A DNA stretch of 32,000 nt from positions 30,001 to 62,000 of the forward strand of contig NZ_FUWK01000005.1 in the NCBI RefSeq assembly GCF_900167395.1, written 5' to 3'. The notes under the pieces were generated by a model. The model ran no database searches. It had not been told where the DNA came from and saw nothing but the letters and a program-made list of their open reading frames with translations. Below, piece after piece: positions 27,135 to 32,000 of this stretch (the stretch's first letter is position 1; every line of letters begins with the position of its first letter). Source of the DNA: Nitrosomonas europaea (lineage in GTDB: Bacteria > Pseudomonadota > Gammaproteobacteria > Burkholderiales > Nitrosomonadaceae). Both the position numbers and the translations under genes were made by a program.

Positions 27135-28589
27135 CTATCCGTTCGTCCCCCCGACCGTCAACCCATCTATCCGCAAAGTCGGTTGTCCGACACCTACCGG
27201 CACACTTTGTCCTTCCTTGCCGCAGGTACCAACACCCGGGTCCAGCGCCAGATCATTTCCAATCATGGAAACGCGGGTAAGTACATCCGGGCCATTACCA
27301 ATCAAAGTAGCCCCTTTCACCGGATAGGTAATTTTACCATTTTCGATCATATAGGCTTCCGCAGCCGAGAATACGAATTTACCACTGGTGATATCAACCT
27401 GCCCTCCACCGAAATTGGCGGCATACAAACCCTGCTTGACAGAAGCAATGATTTCTTCCGGTTCTTTATTACCATTCAACATACAGGTATTGGTCATGCG
27501 CGGCATGGGGATATGGGCAAATGATTCACGCCGGCCATTACCGGTAACACGCTGATTCATCAGCCGGGCATTCAGATTATCCTGCAGATACCCCTTGAGG
27601 ATGCCATCCTCGATCAACGTAGTACATTGTGTCGGATTGCCCTCATCATCGATGTTCAACGATCCGCGACGATCGCGTATCGTACCATCATCGACCACTG
27701 TCACCCCCGGTGCCGCCACCCGTTCACCAATCCTGCCAGAAAAGGCCGAGCTCCCTTTCCGGTTGAAATCTGCCTCAAGACCATGACCGATTGCTTCGTG
27801 CAACAAAATACCCGGCCACCCGCTACCCAGCACGACAGTCATGCTTCCTGCCGGAGCCGGTTGCGACGCAAGATTCGTCAATGCCTGATGGACTGCCTTA
27901 CGGGCATAATCCTGCAATATTGCATCGGTAAAATAAGCATAATCAAAACGTCCGCCTCCTCCGGCAACGCCTTGCTCCCGCCGGCCGTTTTCTTCGACGA
28001 TGACTTGTAACGACACGCGCACCAATGGCCGCACATCGGCAGCAAGTAATCCATCGCTGCGCGCAACCATGACCACCTCATATTCTCCAGCCAGCGATGC
28101 CATGACCTGGATGACCCGCTTATCCAGCGTGCGCGCAAATCCTTCCAGCCGTTCGAGCGTGCCGATCTTGTCAGCATCTTTACAAAGCGCGATAGGATCC
28201 AGAGAAGAGTAATACAGTGCCTGCTGCCGGGCATCGTTTCCTGATAATCCCGTAATAGAGGCATGTGTTCCACCGCCCTGGGCAGCAATTGCGCGCGTTG
28301 CCCGGGCAGCAGAAATCAGTGCCTGGCTGCTGATATCATCCGAATAGGCAAAAGCGGTCTTTTCACCGCTGATCGCCCGTACTCCGACTCCCTGATCGAT
28401 ATTGAAGCTGCCTGATTTGACGATACCCTCTTCCAGCACCCAGCCTTCCGATCGGCTATACTGAAAATAAATATCCGCATAATCAATCTGATGGGTAAGG
28501 ATGTGCCCGAATACATCCTGCAGCCTGCCTGTGTTCAGCTCATAAGGGGCCAGCAGGTATTGATCGGCAATCGTAAATGAATCCATCAT
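27135..28589 (-). CDS. tldD: Metalloprotease TldD
   Basis: 484 aa: ...LLHEAIGHGLEADFNRKGSSAF... (HExxxH-type site of TldD) with the conserved C-terminal ...GTCGKEGQSVPVGVGQPTLRI. Confidence 0.95.
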   Translation of the reverse strand: MMDSFTIADQYLLAPYELNTGRLQDVFGHILTHQIDYADIYFQYSRSEGWVLEEGIVKSGSFNIDQGVGVRAISGEKTAFAYSDDISSQALISAARATRAIAAQGGGTHASITGLSGNDARQQALYYSSLDPIALCKDADKIGTLERLEGFARTLDKRVIQVMASLAGEYEVVMVARSDGLLAADVRPLVRVSLQVIVEENGRREQGVAGGGGRFDYAYFTDAILQDYARKAVHQALTNLASQPAPAGSMTVVLGSGWPGILLHEAIGHGLEADFNRKGSSAFSGRIGERVAAPGVTVVDDGTIRDRRGSLNIDDEGNPTQCTTLIEDGILKGYLQDNLNARLMNQRVTGNGRRESFAHIPMPRMTNTCMLNGNKEPEEIIASVKQGLYAANFGGGQVDITSGKFVFSAAEAYMIENGKITYPVKGATLIGNGPDVLTRVSMIGNDLALDPGVGTCGKEGQSVPVGVGQPTLRIDGLTVGGTNG

Positions 28590-28606
28590 TCCAGAAATAA
28601 GTTCAT

Positions 28607-28654
28607 AAAAAAATCACAACGGACGAGCTGCTGTTCCCCGCAGCAGTTCGTCCG
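28607..28654 (-). terminator. Terminator after the C-N hydrolase gene
   Basis: 14-bp stem CGGACGA(A/G)CTGCTG / CAGCAGCTCGTCCG with one G-U. On the minus strand it is followed by TTGTGATTTTTTT. Confidence 0.65.
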
Positions 28655-28695
28655 CAAAAAATAGAAATATAACGTAAAAGCCGAATCAGGTTTTC

Positions 28696-29559
28696 TCAAC
28701 AGGCAAGCAGGCAGCGGTGCTCCAGCGCAGGCAGACTCGCCCGCACACTTGACTGATATGCTCGGTCGATTTCCGCCACCACTACCCCCGGTCCACGCGG
28801 AAGACGGTCGATAATCACACCCCATGGATCGACGATCATGCTGTCACCATTGGTTTCACGCCCGTTCACATGGAATCCCCCTTGCGCCGGAGCGATCAGA
28901 TAAGCCTGATTCTCGATCGCACGCGCACGAATCAGCGTCTCCCAGTGGGCCTTGCCGGTAATGGCAGTGAACGCCGCCGGTGCCAGAATGACATCCACCT
29001 TGCCCATCATACGGTAAAGTTCGGGGAAACGCAGATCATAGCAGATGGACAACCCCATCCGCCCAAACGGGGAATCGAGCGCAACCACCCGATTACCCGC
29101 GTCGATCGTTCTCTCTTCAGCGAAATTCTCGTTACCCAGCGACAACCCGAACAGGTGAATCTTATCGTAACGCGCCACCTGCTGGCCATGTTCATCGTAT
29201 ACCAGGCAACTGTTGTATACCTTGTCCGATACCGGTGAAATCAGTGGTACCGACCCTCCCGCCAGCCAGATGCCAAACCGCTTTGCGGTTTCGCTCAGAA
29301 AATTCTGAATTTCCCCTTCACCAGGATTTTCACGCACTGCCAGCTTATCCGTATCCTTCATTCCCATGATACAGAAATATTCCGGCAACACTACCAGCTT
29401 GGCCTGTTTTGCGGCGGCCTCTTCAATCAGGCGGAAAGCCTCTTCAAGATTAGCAGCTACACTGGGACCGGAAGCCATCTGAACGGCTGCCACCCTTACT
29501 CTGGTATTATCACCCGCTTTAGAGCGGGCGGCCTGATCGATACCAACGTCAGTAGACAT
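28696..29559 (-). CDS. Carbon-nitrogen hydrolase family protein (nitrilase/amidase superfamily)
   Basis: VRVAAVQM...LVVLPEYF...(E)...YDKIHLF...(K)...GLSICYDLRFPELY (the catalytic Glu-Lys-Cys triad contexts). Confidence 0.88.
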   Translation of the reverse strand: MSTDVGIDQAARSKAGDNTRVRVAAVQMASGPSVAANLEEAFRLIEEAAAKQAKLVVLPEYFCIMGMKDTDKLAVRENPGEGEIQNFLSETAKRFGIWLAGGSVPLISPVSDKVYNSCLVYDEHGQQVARYDKIHLFGLSLGNENFAEERTIDAGNRVVALDSPFGRMGLSICYDLRFPELYRMMGKVDVILAPAAFTAITGKAHWETLIRARAIENQAYLIAPAQGGFHVNGRETNGDSMIVDPWGVIIDRLPRGPGVVVAEIDRAYQSSVRASLPALEHRCLLAC

Positions 29560-29786
29560 GATTCCCGCCCTCCCTGTATCCGATTCCTGCCTGCGACAAT
29601 ATCAAGCAGTTCATACTCAGCCCCCCTTCCTCTTGATTGATTTTAACGCGGGGTACCACCTCGATTCCCCCGTTATCGTTATTATATGTGGCCCCTGTTT
29701 CGGGCCGGTACCTCTGTTGAAACACAAACTTACTGCGCAGCGGATCGTTGCAGCTCATGGAGGACCTGATCAGAGGTTCCCTAAGG

Positions 29787-32000
29787 TTACTCAACCTTGT
29801 CTCGCTCTTCATCCAGCCTGACGACAACCGGGTCACTCCAACTCCCGGTTATAGCATATTCATTGAGCAGCACGCGATCAAAAGGATCCTGCAAAGCCCT
29901 CTTGGCAATCATGGCCGCAATTCCGGCGATGGGAGTTGCCAGCCCGAACGAGGGAAACACTTTCAGATTCAAGGTCTGTGTCTCGTTTACCAAATCCCAT
30001 TCCCCTTTCAGGATAAGCTCTGCCGCACTGCCCGCTATATACAGATCATCGACCGAAGCAACACCACTCTTGATACTGATGTGGCCGTTCAGTTCATCAA
30101 ATCCGAATCCTTTACCGAATACATCATAAAAGTTCAATGTCAGCCTGCGAGGCAAGGATTTCAGGTCAAAAACCCCCAGTAATCTACCAATCCCAGGTTT
30201 CAGTTCTGTGAATTGCCCATGCTGCGCATCAAGCTGCAGACTGCCGTACAACGTTGCAAAATCCACTGAAAACGGTTTGCCCGCCCAATCCAGATTTCCT
30301 TCCAGCACCCCTTTACCGCGAGCAATACGTCCCGGATAACCATGGCGCTTGAACAGTTTTCCGATATTACTCGATTGCAGTCGGATGTGACTGTACATCC
30401 GGTAAGGCGGTTTATGATTCTCCCATAATCCATTGGCCTGCAGCCTGCTGTTCGGGTGTCTGATATCCAGATTCTCGACCAGCCAGCCATCCTGCCTTTG
30501 CACGGCACTGAGTTTCATCTGGCCCAGCAGCCCGCCTTTTACGAACAGCTCATCGGCTTCGATATCTACAGCCGGCCAATCTCCAGGAGGATCATGTTTA
30601 TAGGGTGTCAGAATGTTCTCTGGCGCATCCTCCGGTATTTTCAACCGGCTCAGACGTGCCACAACTTTCTGTGGAGATGCTGCCTGCCAGTCTATCCTGC
30701 CGTCGACCTCCTGGCTGGAAACATCCACTCGCCAGCTTTCACCCTGCCTGTCGATGGAAAAATGAGTGTCATTGAAATAGCTGGACAGAAACTCAAACTG
30801 ACCGATATGCAAATCGAACTGTACCGACCGGGTCAGAATATTATCCAACCCGCGCGCAGTATGGTCGAGCGAAGCATCCATCCCGGCATGCCTCTTGAAC
30901 AACTCACGTAACTGATCCCATTCCAGCCTGGACACCGAACCTTCCACCCGGGTCACCCGATCCTGCGGCAATGTACCATGCCCGCCAAAACTGATTATCC
31001 CGCGTACCGGATGATAATAATGTGCCTTTTCGCGTATACGCTGAAATTCCGCTGTCAGGATATCGCCATAATGAAAATGCACATGATCATCACGCGGCAG
31101 GGTAAAAACTTTTTCCAGGCGCACGGGAATCACTTCCGCAGCAGTCTTGGAAAAAGGTGCCGGGAACATCAGCTCCACGCCTTCCAGCGAGGATTCGACC
31201 ACGATACCGACTTTGCCCGATTCAACCTCCACTGCAGCCTGCCAGGCTGAACCGCCGCGTATGAATTGTGTCCACAGCTGCGATAAATCAACTCGTTTGA
31301 CGAGATTCGCATCCGGCCGAAAGTGGTCGAAATCAGCCCGACCTCGAGCAGTGATACGTACCCCTCCCTCAGGCAGGGAAGCAGAGGAAAACTCGACTGC
31401 CCCCCCCATTACCTGAGCACGAATCCCTTCCAGTACTACACCGGACTCAGTAAAGATCAGTGAGCCGTTGACCTGGTGAAAATCGGGAATATAGCGATCA
31501 AGATCGATCCGGTTATCGACGAACTGGTAACGCCCCTGCATTCTGGTAACGGAAAATTTTTCCTGACCGACCGACAACTCCACCTCTGCCTGCAGTCTCC
31601 CCTTCCCGGAAAATTCAGCCTGACCCAATAATTCTCCGACATGCGGACCCACATCTACCCTGCGTAACAGAGTGGCCATCTCTCCGCTCTCTCCTTCCGC
31701 CATGCCTTTTATCCTGATTTCAGGGCGATCTGCATACACGTCATCCGACTGCAGCATGAACTTTTGCAATCGGATACCCGCAACACTGGCGGAAGAAAGA
31801 GACAGATCGAGCGCACCGTCCTGTATCGAAACACGCCCCGCCATATCGGAAACCTCCGGCCAGTCATCGGAAATCTTAATACCGGCATTGCTGATAGCGG
31901 TTTCTGCATGAATGGAGAATGCACCTTTTTTATCAGCAGAGCGGCCGTTCAATACTCCCCTGAGATGAAATTTTGCATCGCTCAATTTCCCTGAGAGGGT
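29787..32000 (-). CDS. yhdP: YhdP-like / AsmA2-family large envelope protein, C-terminal part (N-terminus beyond the right edge)
   Basis: The frame stays open through 32000; the track's M at 31985 is a TTG inside the ORF. The C-terminal ...FDRVLLNEYAITGSWSDPVVVRL tail and the position next to C-N hydrolase and tldD fit the YhdP (DUF3971/AsmA_2) family as I recall it. Confidence 0.75.
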   Translation of the reverse strand, partial: TLSGKLSDAKFHLRGVLNGRSADKKGAFSIHAETAISNAGIKISDDWPEVSDMAGRVSIQDGALDLSLSSASVAGIRLQKFMLQSDDVYADRPEIRIKGMAEGESGEMATLLRRVDVGPHVGELLGQAEFSGKGRLQAEVELSVGQEKFSVTRMQGRYQFVDNRIDLDRYIPDFHQVNGSLIFTESGVVLEGIRAQVMGGAVEFSSASLPEGGVRITARGRADFDHFRPDANLVKRVDLSQLWTQFIRGGSAWQAAVEVESGKVGIVVESSLEGVELMFPAPFSKTAAEVIPVRLEKVFTLPRDDHVHFHYGDILTAEFQRIREKAHYYHPVRGIISFGGHGTLPQDRVTRVEGSVSRLEWDQLRELFKRHAGMDASLDHTARGLDNILTRSVQFDLHIGQFEFLSSYFNDTHFSIDRQGESWRVDVSSQEVDGRIDWQAASPQKVVARLSRLKIPEDAPENILTPYKHDPPGDWPAVDIEADELFVKGGLLGQMKLSAVQRQDGWLVENLDIRHPNSRLQANGLWENHKPPYRMYSHIRLQSSNIGKLFKRHGYPGRIARGKGVLEGNLDWAGKPFSVDFATLYGSLQLDAQHGQFTELKPGIGRLLGVFDLKSLPRRLTLNFYDVFGKGFGFDELNGHISIKSGVASVDDLYIAGSAAELILKGEWDLVNETQTLNLKVFPSFGLATPIAGIAAMIAKRALQDPFDRVLLNEYAITGSWSDPVVVRLDEERDKVE

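Overview
This window looks like a betaproteobacterial chromosome segment. The ilvIHC-psd-pssA-leuA arrangement, the di-haem cytochrome c peroxidase and mid-range GC make me suspect a Nitrosomonas-like organism, but that is inference I cannot verify here. It has three parts.

(1) 1-3.2 kb: a FecR-domain gene, truncated by the window edge and missing from the ORF track, sits downstream of a CHASE2-sensor class III nucleotidyl cyclase.

(2) About 3.3-12.9 kb: an accessory patch, visibly AT-richer in places, ending at a tRNA-Phe/tRNA-Arg pair. It carries a small secreted protein, an ICMT-family methyltransferase, an Rpn (YhgA-like PD-(D/E)XK) nuclease with a coding 12-bp tandem repeat, and a secreted hypothetical. 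Then comes a co-oriented minus-strand run of higBA, a PemK/MazF plus DUF3018-like pair, an orphan type IV pilin, a frameshifted DUF2335 gene, hipBA and a cold-shock gene. I saw no integrase, IS transposase, CRISPR array or rRNA.

(3) 13-32 kb: ordinary core genes: regBA-type two-component system, ccp, rppH, proS, an SLT transglycosylase, a TlpA-like thioredoxin, leuA, pssA, psd, ilvC, ilvH, ilvI, tldD, a C-N hydrolase and a 5'-truncated yhdP-like gene.

Observations most worth follow-up:
- A strong internal Shine-Dalgarno plus in-frame ATG inside the Rpn gene would yield a 112-aa C-terminal product, resembling the RpnL/RpnS toxin/intragenic-antitoxin arrangement.
- A ~36-bp repeat recurs in three consecutive gaps of the TA/pilin cassette run.
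- Each of the three TA modules has clear palindromic or direct-repeat operator architecture upstream.

All protein calls rest on motif recognition from the translations; no database search was possible.
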